Positions 12,324-26,800 of a DNA stretch of 64,000 nucleotides are shown piece by piece (the first letter of the stretch is position 1; each line of letters starts with the position of its first letter). Made by a program: the position numbers and the translations under genes. The DNA comes from Felis catus (Eukaryota): assembly GCF_018350175.1 (NCBI RefSeq), contig NC_058374.1, positions 82,770,001 to 82,834,000 on the forward strand. The letters run 5' to 3'. The notes beneath the pieces were generated by a model. The model saw only the letters and a program-made list of their open reading frames with translations, made no database searches and was not told where the DNA came from.

Positions 12324-15300
12324 CTTAAGCAGGCTCTGCACTCAGTGCAGAGCCCAATTCAGGACTCAATCTCATGAACGAGGTGTCAGGACCTGAGCCA
12401 AAATCAAGAGTCGGACGCTTAACTGAGCCACTCAGGTGCCCCAGCAATCAATCATTATTGAGATGACACAGAAAAAGAAGAGAGCCAGTATTTATGGTGA
12501 AGAGCCCCTAGACTGAAGCAAACTCCAGTTTGAATCTGGTCTCTATCACTTATTAACTGCATGACGTGGGGTAAGCTACTTCATAGCTTTAATCCTCAGT
12601 TTTTCCATTCAGTAAAATGAGAGTAACAAATAATATCTACCTCATAGGGCTGTTCTGAGGATTAAATCAGATAATGAATGTAAAGCATTTAAGCACACTA
12701 CTTGGTATGTTTTCAAGAGTTATTAGGTGTTCAGATGATTTTATCATAAAAGCTTCAAAACCTATGTATACCACTTATAGGCTTTACAGAAGGTGGCATT
12801 ACTAGCAAAATTTGATGGGTCAACTACTTTGCAAATTTTACCTAATACAACATCTTAAGACTACTTAACAATTAAATAGCTGGTTGCATCACAGTAATTT
12901 CCTGGTCATGAATGAAGTGAAGTCACTCAGAAAAAGACCTAACTTTTTCAATTCAATAGATTATACTATTTATCTCTGTTACGGAAGAAATGTTGCAGGC
13001 AGTAGATCATCCACTTGAGGTATATGTTAAAAAACAAAAAAATAGTATGAACTGATGGTTCTAGTAAAAACTCAGATCATACAAAAACAACATAAATTTT
13101 TTAATCTTTGGAGCGCCTGGGTGGCTCAGTCGGTTAAGCGGCAGACTTCGGCCCAGGTCATGATCTCGTGGTCCATGAGTTTGAGCCCCGCGTCGGGCTC
13201 TGTGCTGACGGCTCAGAGCCTGGAGCCTGTTTCAGGTTCTGTGTCTCCCTCTCTCTGCCCCTCCCCTGTTNNNNNNNNNNNNNNNNNNNNNNNNNNNNNN
13301 NNNNNNNNNNNNNNNNNNNNNNNNNNNNNNNNNNNNNNNNNNNNNNNNNNNNNNNNNNNNNNNNNNNNNNNNNNNNNNNNNNNNNNNNNNNNNNNNNNNN
13401 NNNNNNNNNNNNNNNNNNNNNNNNNNNNNNNNNNNNNNNNNNNNNNNNNNNNNNCCAGGCTCCAAGCTATCAGCACAGAGCCTATGCGGGGCTCAACTTG
13501 TGAACCACGAGATCGTGACCTGAGCTGAAGTCGGATGCTTAACCGACTGAGCCACCTAGGTGCCCCTCAACATAAATTTTTAAACAGAAATAACCAGTTG
13601 AATGATGCTGTGCATTTCTACTTAAGTAGACTATGGTTAAATTAACCAAGACAGAGAACTGAATAGAAATAGTGTGTCTGACTTTTGAGAGAGATACAAG
13701 ATCCAACAGCAAAAGAGCATGAAGCTCTACTAAACTCATTACTGATGCTAATTTTTGTGCAGTGTGAACTTACCAGACACACATCCTAAGGGTGACAAAT
13801 ATATCAGTATTGCTTATAAATATTCTCCCAAAGATTGGCAGAGTCCTGAAATATAACATGTTTACCTCAAGATAGCCACCCTCAGATGACAATCTCAAAG
13901 AAATTATGGCAGAACAGTCAATCAATGGCTACATGTTGAAAAGGAGGCAACAGCAAGCAGAGGAATACAAGATTCATTTTAATGATTCAATAACGGACAG
14001 TATGAAACAATGAAGCATGTTTGGATGTACCAGAAATATCTTATAGGCATCTATTGCAAAGCATGAAGAAGCTATTTTCTCCCCTTCTCATTACAGTCAA
14101 GACAACAGCACTGTAAACAGTAACGGGCACATCTGAGCAGTCAATTTCTAAAAGACAAGCTATTTTTTTGATAGCAGGCTCCCTGCTGGCAGTGCAGAGC
14201 CCAACGTGGGGCTCAAACTCACAAAACTGCGAGATCATGACCTGAGTCAAAATCAAGAGTCAGATGCTTAACCAACTGAGCCACCCAGGCACCCCTAAAA
14301 GATAAATTTTAAAGTAGAAGAACTGCTGGTCTTGATTTAACCTTTTCTGTTATGATGACCCACACAAATAACAATTACTTGAAAAGCATTTAAAACAGAA
14401 AATGGAGGGGTGCCTGGGTGGCTCAGTTGGTTAAGCATCCGACTCTTGATTTTGGCTCAGATCATGATCTCATGGTTCGTGAGTTTGAGACCCGCATTGG
14501 GCTCTGCGCTGACATTCTGCTTGGAATTCTCTCTTCCTATCTCTCTCCAAATAAATAAATAAACATTAAAATATACATATATACACATACATGAAAATGG
14601 AAAGCAATATATTCAGATTACACAACATTCTGAACTTGCTGATATATGGATTTATAAATGTTTTAAGTGCTAGTGAATGTGTATATTTTCCATCATTCCT
14701 ATACCTTCCTTCTCAATGCTAACCAGACTAATTTAAAATTCTCCTTCCCCCTTTCCCCTAATAACAAACAATTCTTTATACGCAATTGGCATTGAGTAAA
14801 TATTGACCAACCAAATGAAGCAGGATTTGCCAAAACCCCAAGAGAATTGCATCAGACCAGTGGACCATGCTATTCTGCAAAAAGGAACTGTTCCTATAAT
14901 ACCTGTCTCCAAATAAAAGAAAATGAGATGTCCCACTGTAAACTTAGCCAGATAACTTGTACTTTACCCGGTTTTTCTGAGTACTCTGTGGGGTATTGGA
15001 AAGAGGATGGAAGGAATTAGGTACTATGTGTTGGGACAAGGCACAACAGTCTTCTTATACTCCAACTAGTTCAAACTATTAGGGTCACATTTCATTTTCA
15101 GAATATAAAGCACATCTGTTTCTGGATCCTACTTCCAGGATACTAACGACCCTTCTGCTCCTGACAGGTATCTTGAGTGGGACAGTACAGAACAGTGGCT
15201 GATTGGCACTGTCCTCCTAGACTCTAGAACTGCCTTAGTTTCCATTCACCTAACTTCTCAAGGTTCTCCTTATTTGAAGTTAAAAACAAGAAGGGACTTT

Positions 15301-18300
15301 TTGTGGCTAGGGTAAGACTACTCTGAAATCTTGTCAGGGATCCTGCAATTAAGTCACATCCTTTTCAGTGTTCCAACAGCCCTGTGTAATCTCTCCATTA
15401 CAGCAAGATTACTGAATTGTAGTTTTTGTTTTTGTTTTAAGCAGACTTCATGCCCAGCACAGAGCCCAACGTGGGATTTGAACTCACGACCCCAAGATCA
15501 AGACCTGAACTGAGATTAAGAGTCAGACACCACCCAAGTGCCTCCTGAATTGTAGTTTTTTTTACATGTATATGACCTTAACCAAACCAACAACCTTGGT
15601 GACACAAAGCATGTTCCATTTACCTTTGCGATCCCAAGGACTGGAAAAAACAAACAAACAAACAAACAAACAAACAAACAAACAAACAAAAAACAAGCTT
15701 AAATAAAAATTTATTAAAGGAGTTTCTGGCGTAACTCAGAAGTAATTCTCCTAAACATTCCTTTTTCTTCCTTCATATTTAAGTCCTTTCAATCCCCATC
15801 ACACATCAATCATTGCATCAGAATTTCCTACCTCCCAGTACTTGGTTCGGTTGATACCCTCTGCATATGCTCGGGCAAAGTTGCTTTCACTGTTGAGGGC
15901 TGTAATGGCTGCACTGAGCTGAGACATGGGATGTAGATTGGTGGGAAAGTTGTCTAGCATGGTGACCACATGGGAAGGTAAAGCTGCCCTCTTTGCCCAC
16001 TCTTTTGAAAGCCAAGACACCTGTGATAAGGGAGACACTGGTCAGAACACTATGCGAGGAAAAAGAAGAGAAATAAAAAGACAGTGACATCTGAGTAAAG
16101 AAAATCCAAGAGAATACAACCCAATCCACTTATACAGCAGAAGTCTGATCTGATTCCTTCCCCTCACTACACATCCCTAAAAAATACCACCCAGAGTCAG
16201 ATCAGGATTAAGTGTCTGAGATTAGAGAAAGGCAAAGAAGGAGAAGAATGAGAAGGGCTAACATCCTTCTGTTTTACCTGTTCTTCTGTTGGGATTTGTC
16301 CAGTTACCAGCAACCAAAATAAGCCCTCTGGCAGGGGTTCTTCACCCCCTTTAGCCTTGGGCAGCAGTTTCTGGCATTCAGGGATACTGTAACCTCGGAA
16401 ACGGATGCCCTGGAGGGAGAAGAGTAAGAGGTACAAATCGTAAGTTTATTACCCTAGAAGTCACATAATTGACTAGTCCCACTCTTATCAGATCTTTCAA
16501 CAAGTTAGAAAGGCTCCATGGCCAATGTGGGGCTTGAACTCACGACTGTGAGACTGAGTTGGAAACTCTTCTGACTGAACTACTCAGACAGCCCTAGAAT
16601 AGAATTTTTAAAGCTTAGATCTCCACATAACTTAATTCTGCTTGGTACTTTTAGTTTTACTCGTTGATATATTAAATAGGTATACTTGTTCTTCAGTTAT
16701 CCCATATGAACCTATTTTCCATCTTCCAAAACATGAAGACGATGCTTTATTTTGTTTTCCTTACCCTCACTGGTCTAATCCATGCTGTGCACAATAGTCA
16801 GTAAATTCAGTGATTATTACTGATTGACATGAGGGTCTCTTACCTCATCAGGATCAAGAACTGATGTTTCATATACCAATCCCTTCATGCCTCTCATGCC
16901 ACCATACATCTAAAGAAAAAGACAGATGTAACCAGTAATCAGAATAATTCAAGCTAGAGTTTGTTAGTGCTTCATGGAATCTGAAAGAGGAAATTTATTC
17001 TCTGATTTGCAAGACTTGGTCTGTGGAAAGAAGATTCCTGAGGAGGCAGCATACTATAGAATGGGACTTTGCAAGGAAGACTGCTAACATTAGAAATGAA
17101 ATTCTTAAGTCGAAAAATTGCTATCTTTATTTAATGTGTCTGCCTCTGTTTGTTTCCTTTTCTTCTTGTATTTTTCTTTTACCTACTCTTACTCCCTCGT
17201 TCTCACCAACCAAAGTAAACAGAATGAGTTCTATAACAGGGAAAGGAGATAGAGACCAAAGGCTAAACACTGCTGTGGAATTATCATTTGAGCTGCTCAG
17301 ACTCTTAGGGCTGGAGAAGCCATCCTAAAGTTGCTCTAGAGAGCCTGTTAGAGCTGTCGTATAATTGGATGGTCAGGATGGCATTAACTGTAACTTTTAA
17401 ATTTTTGTTTGTTTATTTACTTATTTAATATAATTTGTCAAACTGGCTTACATACAACATCCAGTGCTTATCCCAACAAGTGCCCTCTTCAATGCCCATC
17501 ACCCACTTTTCCCTCTCCCCCACCCTCCTTAAATTTTTTTTTAATGTTTATTTATATTTGAGAGAGAGAGAGCACACTCAGGAGCACAAGCAGGGAGGGG
17601 CAGAGAGAGAGAGAGATGGAGACAGAATATGAAGCAGGTTTCAGGCTCTGAGCTGTCAGCACAGAGCCCAATGTGGGGCTCAAACTCATGAGCTGTGAGA
17701 TCATGACCTGAGCTGAAGCTGGACACTCAACCGACTGAACCACCTAGGCACCCCATGGACAGCATTAGCTCTAACAGAGAGCTCTTGCTCCAAAAGCTGA
17801 GGGGTTGGGAAAAGGAACAGAAACTTCATTCATCCCTCTCATAGGTAAATTAGGTTAAGCTATTAAGTTTATAGAAAAGAAGAGTCTGATTTTTTTTTAA
17901 TTTATTTTTGAGAGAGAGAGAGAGAGTGCGAGCTGGAGAGGGGCAGAGAGAGAGACACACAGAATCCAAAGTAGGCTCCAGACTCTGAGCTGTCAGCACA
18001 GAGCCTGATGCGGGGCTCAAACTCACAAACCGTGAGATCATGACCTGAGCCGGAGTTGGACGCTCAACCGACTGAGCCACTCAGGCGCTCCCCCCCCAAC
18101 TTTTTTTTAAGAGAGAAAGAATGAGCATGAGCGGGGGAGAGGGAGAGGAGAGGCAGAGAGGAAGAAAAAGACAGAATCTTAATCAGGGTCCATGCTCAGT
18201 GCAGAGCCCAACATGGGGTTTGATCCCATGACCCTAGGATCATGATCTGAGCCAAAATCAAGAGTCAAGACACTCAACCGACTAAGCCACTGTTCTGAGG

Positions 18301-20841
18301 CACCCCAGAACAGTCTAATTTCTAATGAACATCATAAGCTCCAACATTTCCATGTGTGGGACAGAATGCTTCTGAATAGTCAGTGAAGAGAATGGTATTT
18401 TCGTTGAAGCATATTACAGAGCTACTTTTCCAGCCCAAACCCCACAATCCTTACCATGTCCACAGTGATTTGACCCACTACTGTCTTGCCATGTTGCTGC
18501 CTGAAGGTCTTTACTCTGGCTTGCTCCTTGGGTATCAGATCTGCCAATATGTCTTTCAAATTCTAAAAAGAGAAGTAGAAAGGCTAAGTGATGGTCAAAA
18601 TATTGATTAGATTTCCTACAAAATAGGTATGTTAAGACATTTTTTTAGAATTTGGCTTTCTTTATCGGCCAGGGAAATCTGGCCAACTACTCGGCACAGA
18701 TGAAAAAGAATTAAGCAGAAAGGGAGGGAATGAGGAGTTTACTATTGGGTCATAGTTTCAATTTGGGAAGGTGCAAAAGTTCTGGAGATGGACAGTAGTA
18801 ATAGTTGTACTTAATGCCACTAACCTATACGCTTAAAAATCATTAAAATGGAAATTTTTGTTATATATATTTTACCACAACTAAAAAAAGAAATTAGGCA
18901 AAGATATTTGATATCCCACCTCGCTATACTATTGAATAAATTATTTCTTAAAATAGTAGTAATAATAATAGTTACAACAATAGTAACAACGGACACCTCT
19001 CAGAGAACTCAGGATATGATGAGAGGCTAGGTGGCAACCAACGGTTGCTTACTGTCCCCTCAATCCCAGGATCAGATTGCCTCAGTGATTCTCAGTCTTC
19101 TTTTCCAAACCTTACCGTAGGGGACGCACTGGCATGCCGAGCAGCAAGAACAAGACAGGATGCATTCTGTAAAGAAAACACAAAACCTTATGCAACAGTT
19201 ATTCCTCCTTCCTATGTATTAACAAGAAGGAGTTATAGTGACTCATCCTCTCTCTCTGTGTCTCCATCTTAGCCTCTAAGGACAGTCTGACATAAATTTA
19301 AAAAATTAAAAAAAAAAAAAAAAGTTGTAAAAGGCCCTGCACAGCTTTGAAAGAGTTCCTAGTCTGGAGGCAGTAGCAGATTTAACTCTGCTTCTTGCAT
19401 CCATAGCTTTAATAGCATTCCCTGGGGAGAGGCTCTTTCCCATTATCTGGGTTTCAGGGCTTGGCTTGGTTAGGCACAGAAAAGGTCAGAGAGGCAGTTG
19501 TTGAGTACCCAGGCCATCCCAATCTAGCTGTCAATAGTTCTGAGTGGCCCTGAGAAAAGCAAATGAGGAAACTGATCAACTACTTAATCCTGCTGGTAAG
19601 ATCTGTCCAGCACCTAGTCTTTTGGAAGCACTTCAACCTCTCCAGTCTAGGAGAGCCCACAGGCAGAAGGAGCCTTTCACCACACTACTTCAAAGGTTCC
19701 TGGAAAAAGCACACAGAAGACAGAATATCTACAATGTAACAACAGACTACTCAACAACAGCATTGGGAAACTAGAAAACTGGAAAATTCCCTTCTAAATG
19801 TTGAGAGAAAATAATTATTAAGCTAGAGTTTTATATCTAGGTGAGAAAAAAAATCTTAAAAAAGGGGGTGAAATAAAGACATTTCAGATAAACAAAAGCT
19901 GAGTTTATCACCTAAATACCTGTACTAAAGGAATTTTTAAAGATATACTTTAGAACCATATAGACAGGTCTGAGATTCAAGACTATCCCTCACTACAAAG
20001 GTAAATAGTATAGCTGGCCTGTTTTCATTGTTTAGAGATATTTTTTTTCTCCCCAAAAGAAAAACTACTTTCTATAACATTGCTGAGTTGCAACATAAAG
20101 TTCAATGCTGCCTTCGAAAAAAGAAAACCAATTACACTACTAAGTACCTATGAAGTTTGACAAGATTAGTTTTTCTGCACATTATTTTGAAGATAAAACA
20201 AGATACGTAAGCCTCATTTCCCTCATCTATAAAACTGGTGTTAAATACTCACCATACAATCTCACATAATTACAATGATATTACAAAGAAAGCACTTTCC
20301 AAACTAAAAAGATTACATGTACACATAAACTAATCCAGGAGCAAGATCACACCTTTCCTCCTTTTGCCAAAAGGCCAGATACACTTTTAACTATTGCATT
20401 GCTGATTGTGCTAAAAATCATTTTAAGCAACCGTACTGTACAAATTCCAAAACACTACATGCCTAAGTGAGAGTTCACTAGGACTGGAGCTCTGTTTTTA
20501 GAATTTAGTACCCTTCTTTCTGTTGGGGCATAAGGGAGGACTGAAAAGGGAAGAGATCCTTCAGTAAAGGTTATTTTCAAAAGAATCAACTCATTAAAAA
20601 AGAAAAAAAATCAATCCAAGGGGCGCCTGGGTGGCGCAGTTGGTTAAGCGTCCGACTTCAGCCAGGTCACGATCTCGCGGTCCGTGAGTTCGAGCCCCGC
20701 GTCAGGCTCTGGGCTGATGGCTCGGAGCCTGGAGCCTGTTTCCGAGTCTGTGTCTCCCTCTCTCTCTGCCCTTCCCCCGTTCATGCTCTGTCTCTCTCTG
20801 TCCCAAAAATAAATAAAAACATTGAAGAAAAAAAAAATTAA

Positions 20842-20872
<31 letters not shown>

Positions 20873-23800
20873 AAATCAATCCAAAGCTAAATTCAGACTA
20901 CAAGGTAAGCTATGTTCCTAAAACAAAGGGGGAGTGGGGCACCTGGGTGGCTTAGTCGGTTAAGCGTCTGACTTCAGCTCAGGTCATGATCTCACGGTTC
21001 CTGAGTTCGAGCCCCGCATTGGGCTCTGTGCCTACAGTTTGGAGCCTGGAGCTTGCTTCGAATTCTGTATCTCCCTCTCTCTCTGCCCCTCCTCCACTCA
21101 CACTCTGTCTCTCTCTCAAAAATAAACATTAAATAAGTAAAACAGAGGGGGACTGCTCAGCTTGTTAAACAGGACTGTCCTTAACTCCTTTCATTAACTT
21201 CCTAAAGAGTCTCCTCTGGCTCACTGTGGACCATTTGGGCAAGAAGTAGGCAGCACAAACAGGCCTTTAGCCTCTTCATCCAACATAGGACAAATGGGAA
21301 CTTGACCTAGCACCTAAGAAATGCTTTTACTTTTTCTTAGTAGTCACCAAAAAGTGAACAAAGGAAAACACGTGAATAAGTTCTATTCCATGCTCCATGG
21401 TCCCACAGAATCCCTGTTAAAGAAGTTCTGGGCTACCTCCCAGACACTACATCAGCCCTGTAGCAGACCTTTTAATTGCGGTTGGTTGGTTGTTGTTGTG
21501 GTTTCATTTGGTTTCTTTAATATAGTTTTTTAATTTTTTTTTTTTTCAACGTTTATTTATTTTTGGGACAGAGAGAGACAGAGCATGAACGGGGGAGGGG
21601 CAGAGAGAGAGGGAGACACAGAATCAGAAACAGGCTCCAGGCTCTGAGCCATCAGCCCAGAGCCTGACGCGGGGCTCGAACTCCTGGACCGCAAGATCGT
21701 GATCTGGCTGAAGTCGGACGCTTAACCGACTGCGCCACCCAGGCGCCCCTCGTTTGGTTTCTAAAAAGGTTACAGGGGAATGTATCATCTGAGAGAAGAA
21801 AGAAGTTGAAATGTCTCCATAATGGTAATTTTTCCACTTTCAAACCATCTTTAAGTTTCTATATGGCAGGCTCAGTCAGAAGAGCATGCGACTCTTATCT
21901 CGGGGTTGGGAGTTTGAGCCCCACGCTGGGTGTAGAGATTACTTAAAAATAAAATCTTTGGGACACCTGAATGGCTCTTTCAGTTGAGTGTCCAACTCCT
22001 GATTTCAGCTGAAGTCATGATCCCAGGTTGGTGGGATCGAGTCCCACATTGGGCTCTGTGCTGGGTGTGGAACTTGCTTAAGATTCTCTCTCTCCTTCCC
22101 TCTCTGTCCCTCTCCCCCATTCTATCTCTCAAACTAAAAATAAACAAACAAGCTTCTTTCTATCCAAGCTCTACAAAGAGTGAGTGTCCAGATCTTAAGA
22201 TGAAAATGGAATTCCCCCAGGTTGGAGGCCTTTCTTCTAGGAACATGAACATAAAACAAAACAGCCTTTTCCCCCTTGTGAGTGGGAACTGCTTCAATCA
22301 ATGAGCTGCCCTCTTCTTTTACTTTAAGATAAAACAAACAAAAAACAACAAAAAAGAGGAAATCACAAAGAAAAGGATGGAAGATCACCTAAAAAGGCTG
22401 TGAGAATGCAACATCATTTAAAAGACTCAGCTGGGGGGCGCCTGGGTGGCTCAGCATCCAACTTCGGCTCAGGTCATGATCTCACGGTCCGTGAGTTCGA
22501 GCCCCACATCGGGCTCTGTGCTGACCGCTCAGAGCCTGGAGCCTGTTTCAGATTCTGTGTCTCCCTCTCTCTCTGCCCCTCCCCTGTTCATGCTCTGTCT
22601 CTCTCTGTCTCAAAAATAAATAAACGTAAAAAAAAAAAAAAAAAAAAAGACTCAGCTGGGTCATCACTGCTGCTTTGCTAGTCATTTTGCAGATCTATTT
22701 ATATGAATGCTACTTTAAAAGCATGCATAGGAAAAGAAACTTATAACTATCATTCCACTTTCAACATCATCAAAGTCTTAATTTCCTTTGTGGTGAGTGT
22801 CTTTGCCATTTAATGTGAGGAGTCTCAGGAGTAACTTAGAGGGCTGATTTTAACTGTCCCTAATCTCTATCAGCAACACTTGGCCAGATCTCTGATTTGC
22901 AAAGCAACATTAGTATATGGATAGCTTGGCTATGTAGTTATGGAATAAAGGTAGTATACTCTGTTTCTACTGCCCTTCTCTGCCACTTATTAGCTGTGTG
23001 ACCCTAGCCAAGTCATTTAACCTTTCTGTGCCTCAGTTTCCTTATCAGTAAAATGGGAACAATAATAGTACCTATCTCAAAGGATTGCTGTGGGGATTAA
23101 TTAAGTTAACATTTATAAAGCACTTGAAACCACTTCTGGCCTATGGCAAGTGCCTTGCATTTGTTATATAAATAAGTACATAAAATTAAACATTTTGGCC
23201 ATTTTCTCATGCCCTTCAGCATCAGGATGAGTCATATTTTTAGCTAACCCCGCAGCTTAAAGAAAACTAAAGAAATCAGAAGGATTTTAAAGGCAGCAAT
23301 TCAGTGCTATAACCACTCAAAAAGCTAGATAGGAAAAATTCAAATTAGAACAATTTTACCTAATGATGCAGAAAACAGAGCACATGATTTGGAATTAGGA
23401 AAGAAAATTTGGGTTCTAGCCCCACCTACATTACTAAATTAACAGACATCCAAAGCAAAACAACTAACTATAGTTGATCCTTGAACAACACAGGACTTAG
23501 GGATACAGATCCCCCATGCAGTTGAAAACCTGGGTATAGCTTTCGGCTTCCGTAAGACTATACTACTAACAGCCTACTGTTGATTGGAACCCTTACTGAT
23601 AACATAGTCTATTAATACCTATTTTGTATGTTATATATTTTACCTACTGTATTCTTACAAAAAAGCTAAAGAAAATGTTACTACAAAATCATAAGGAAGA
23701 GATAACACATTTGCAGTACTGCACTGTAAAAATTCACATATAAATGGACCAGCACAGTTCAAACTGTGTTGCTAAAGGCTCAGCCGTATTGTTTCCCTTT

Positions 23801-26800
23801 CCTTCTCCACATTTAGGATAACACTCAAGCTACTTAGCTCAAAGTCTGAGTTAAGGCTCTAAGAAGGACATATACAAAGGTACTCAAAAGCCTTGCTATT
23901 TAAAATATGACTGCCTACGGGCACCTGGATAGCTCAGTAGGTTAGGCATCCGAAAATTGGTTTCAGCTCAAATCATGATCTCACAGTTCATGAGTTCAAA
24001 TCCCTGCACTGGGCATCAAGCTGTCAGCACAGGATTCTCTCTCTCTCCCTCTCTCTCTGCCCTTCCCCTGCTTGTGCATGTGCACTCTCTCTCAAAATAA
24101 ATAAACGTTAAAATTTTTTTTTTAAATAAAACATGACTGCCTAGCCAGCAGCACTAGCATTACTTAGAGCTTGTGAGAAACACAGACTCTTGGGCCTCAC
24201 TTCAGACCTACTGCATCCAAATCTGATTCATATGAACAATAAAGTCTGAGATGTATACATAGCCTAAAGTGTTAAGCAAGGGAGCAAAAGGGTAGAATGT
24301 AGACTCTGGGATGTACAGTTATTACAATCAAGTTTTATTTTATTTTATTTAAAAAAAAATTTTTTTTAACATTTATTTATTTTTGAGACAGAGACAGAGC
24401 ATGAACGGGGGAGGGGCAGAGAGAGAGGGAGACACAGAATCCAAAGCAGGCTCCAGGCTCTGAGCCATCAGCCCAGAGCCCGACGCGGGGCTCGAACTCA
24501 TGGACCGCGAGATTGTGACTTGAGCTGAAGTCGGACGCTTAACCGACTGAGCCACCCAGGCGCCCCTACAATCAAGTTTTAAATCCAGGTTCTGTTATTA
24601 TCATGCTGTGTTACCTTGGCTATATGGCCTAACTTTCCTAAGTCACAGTTTTCATATCTCTAAATTGGCAATAATAGAGCCAATTTCAAGGTAGAGGAGT
24701 AGACTGTACAAAATAATCCGCATGAAAGCATCCAGAACAGTGCTTTCTGCATAAGTGAGTTCAATAAACATGTGTTTCTTAGAAATGTGTTGGCCTATTA
24801 CCTAACACCTCAAGTGTCACTACTCTCTCCCAGAGTTGGATTCCAGGAAAGAGGCAGTCAGGCCTGAGGAAGGGGTGAATGGATAATTCCCTCTACCTGT
24901 AGAATAGGAAATAAAGCCCTAATTTCCTTTTTAAGAACCTTACAAACCTACTGATGAAGAGGGGAGGAGTCTCAAGAAGTTGAAACAAATTTAACTACCC
25001 AGCTGAAAAAATGACTAGAAAGGAGATGCTGGAGGACTGTCACACCCAAGGCTACACACCTCATTTCATCTACCACCTAGCTGCCAAAGAGACCAGCTCA
25101 ATAGCTCTGTATAGTACATGCAGGCTATACTCACTGATGGGACAGGTTACAAACCTCTGAGTCATCCCTGAACTTTCACCTACCAGCTCCTCCCCTAATT
25201 CCGGAGGTGTGGCAACTAGGCTTTCGACTTCTGGTAGCATGCCACGTGTAGAGTCACCCTACTGGAACAGCTGTCAGGTGAATCAGGGAGTCACCTCATT
25301 CAATAGGTCAGCTCCTTCATGGGGAGAGAGAGAGTGAGCTGTTTTCAAAGACAAGGGCCTGGCTTAGATGTCTGACAGCCATGTTTCTCTACAGGGTGGG
25401 GTGGGGTGGGGGTATTACAATCACTAAGAGGTTTTTTTCAAACCTCAAAACACTGCCATCTCTTGCAAGAACTCTTCTAGAGAGTTTGCTACTATTGATG
25501 GAAGTGAGCTGTGACTCTCAAATGTACTAGAACAGAAAAATATAACTAAAAGAACCTCTAGCTTAAAGGGCCAAGGGAGGAAAAGGACTACTAGTACATG
25601 CAAGAAATTCTGCCAAAGACTTGCCTACCATACTTAGGGTATTTCTGGAATAAGGTATGCGCAAAATCGCCAAAAAATCATCAGAAACTCCTGTATCCTC
25701 CCTCAAATTCTCAGAACAACAGAATCCTATTTTTTGTTTTTTGTAAGATTTTATTTTCAAGCAATCTCTACATCCAATGTGGGGCTTGAACTCACAACCT
25801 CAAGATCAAGAGTCACATGCTCCAGGAGCATCTGGGTGGCTCAGTTGGTTAAGTCACTGACTCTTGATTTTGGGTCAGGTCATGATCTCATGGTTAATGA
25901 GATTGAGCCCCACATGGGGTTCTGTGCTGACACCACAAAGTCTGCTTGGGATTCTCTCTCTCCCCCACTTCTCTCTCACAAAAATAAATAAATATTATAA
26001 AAAAAATAGAGCTGCACACTCCACTGACTGAAGCCAGCCAGTGCCCTCAGAATCCTATTTGAATAAGCACTTAATAAATTGGTTATTTCCCTCTTACTCA
26101 CTCCTCTTAGCCTGTTATCATCATTGGTCCACACCTAGGACCTTTATTCCACAGGAGAAAAGCCAAATTTTCTTTGATCCTCCATCCTAGACACATTTAG
26201 AACATGTCTTACAACATATGCAAGAGCTCCAGCATTACAAGCTTGAGAGAGATGCTCTTGATTTTAATGGAGCCCTTGTCCTTCATCAGAAAAAAGATCA
26301 GAGCTTGGGGTGCCTGGGTGGCTCAGTCAGTTGAGCGACCAACTTCGGCTCAGGTCATGATCTCACAGTTTGTGAGTTTGAGCCCTGCATCGGGCTCTGT
26401 GCTGACAGCTCGGAGCCTAGAGCCTGCTTGGGATTCTGTGTCTCCCTCTCTCTCTGCCCCTCCCCCACTCATGCTCTGTCTCTCTCTGTCTCAGAAATAA
26501 ATAAACATTAAAAAAAAAAAAAAAAAAAAGATCAGAGCTTGCCAAGCCAGCAGAACGGGCTTAGCTGATGAAGCAAACATAATGCACTAATAACTGGTAG
26601 GAAAAATCTTGTGCTGCAAAGGCTTGCAATGCAGAAGGAACAACTTGCATTAAGGGAGAAAGAACACACATAGGACAAAGGCTCCTCTCTCCCCAGAACC
26701 AGGTCAGAGAACTAAAGCCATTTAACATCTGTGTTTCACAATGGTGATATTGGAAGTCGGCCTGCACTACTTGGTCAGGCCACTTAATAGTGTGAGCACA

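Noticed and set aside
20620-20700. tRNA-like A/B boxes
   Set aside because: tRNA-derived SINE heads, not tRNA genes.
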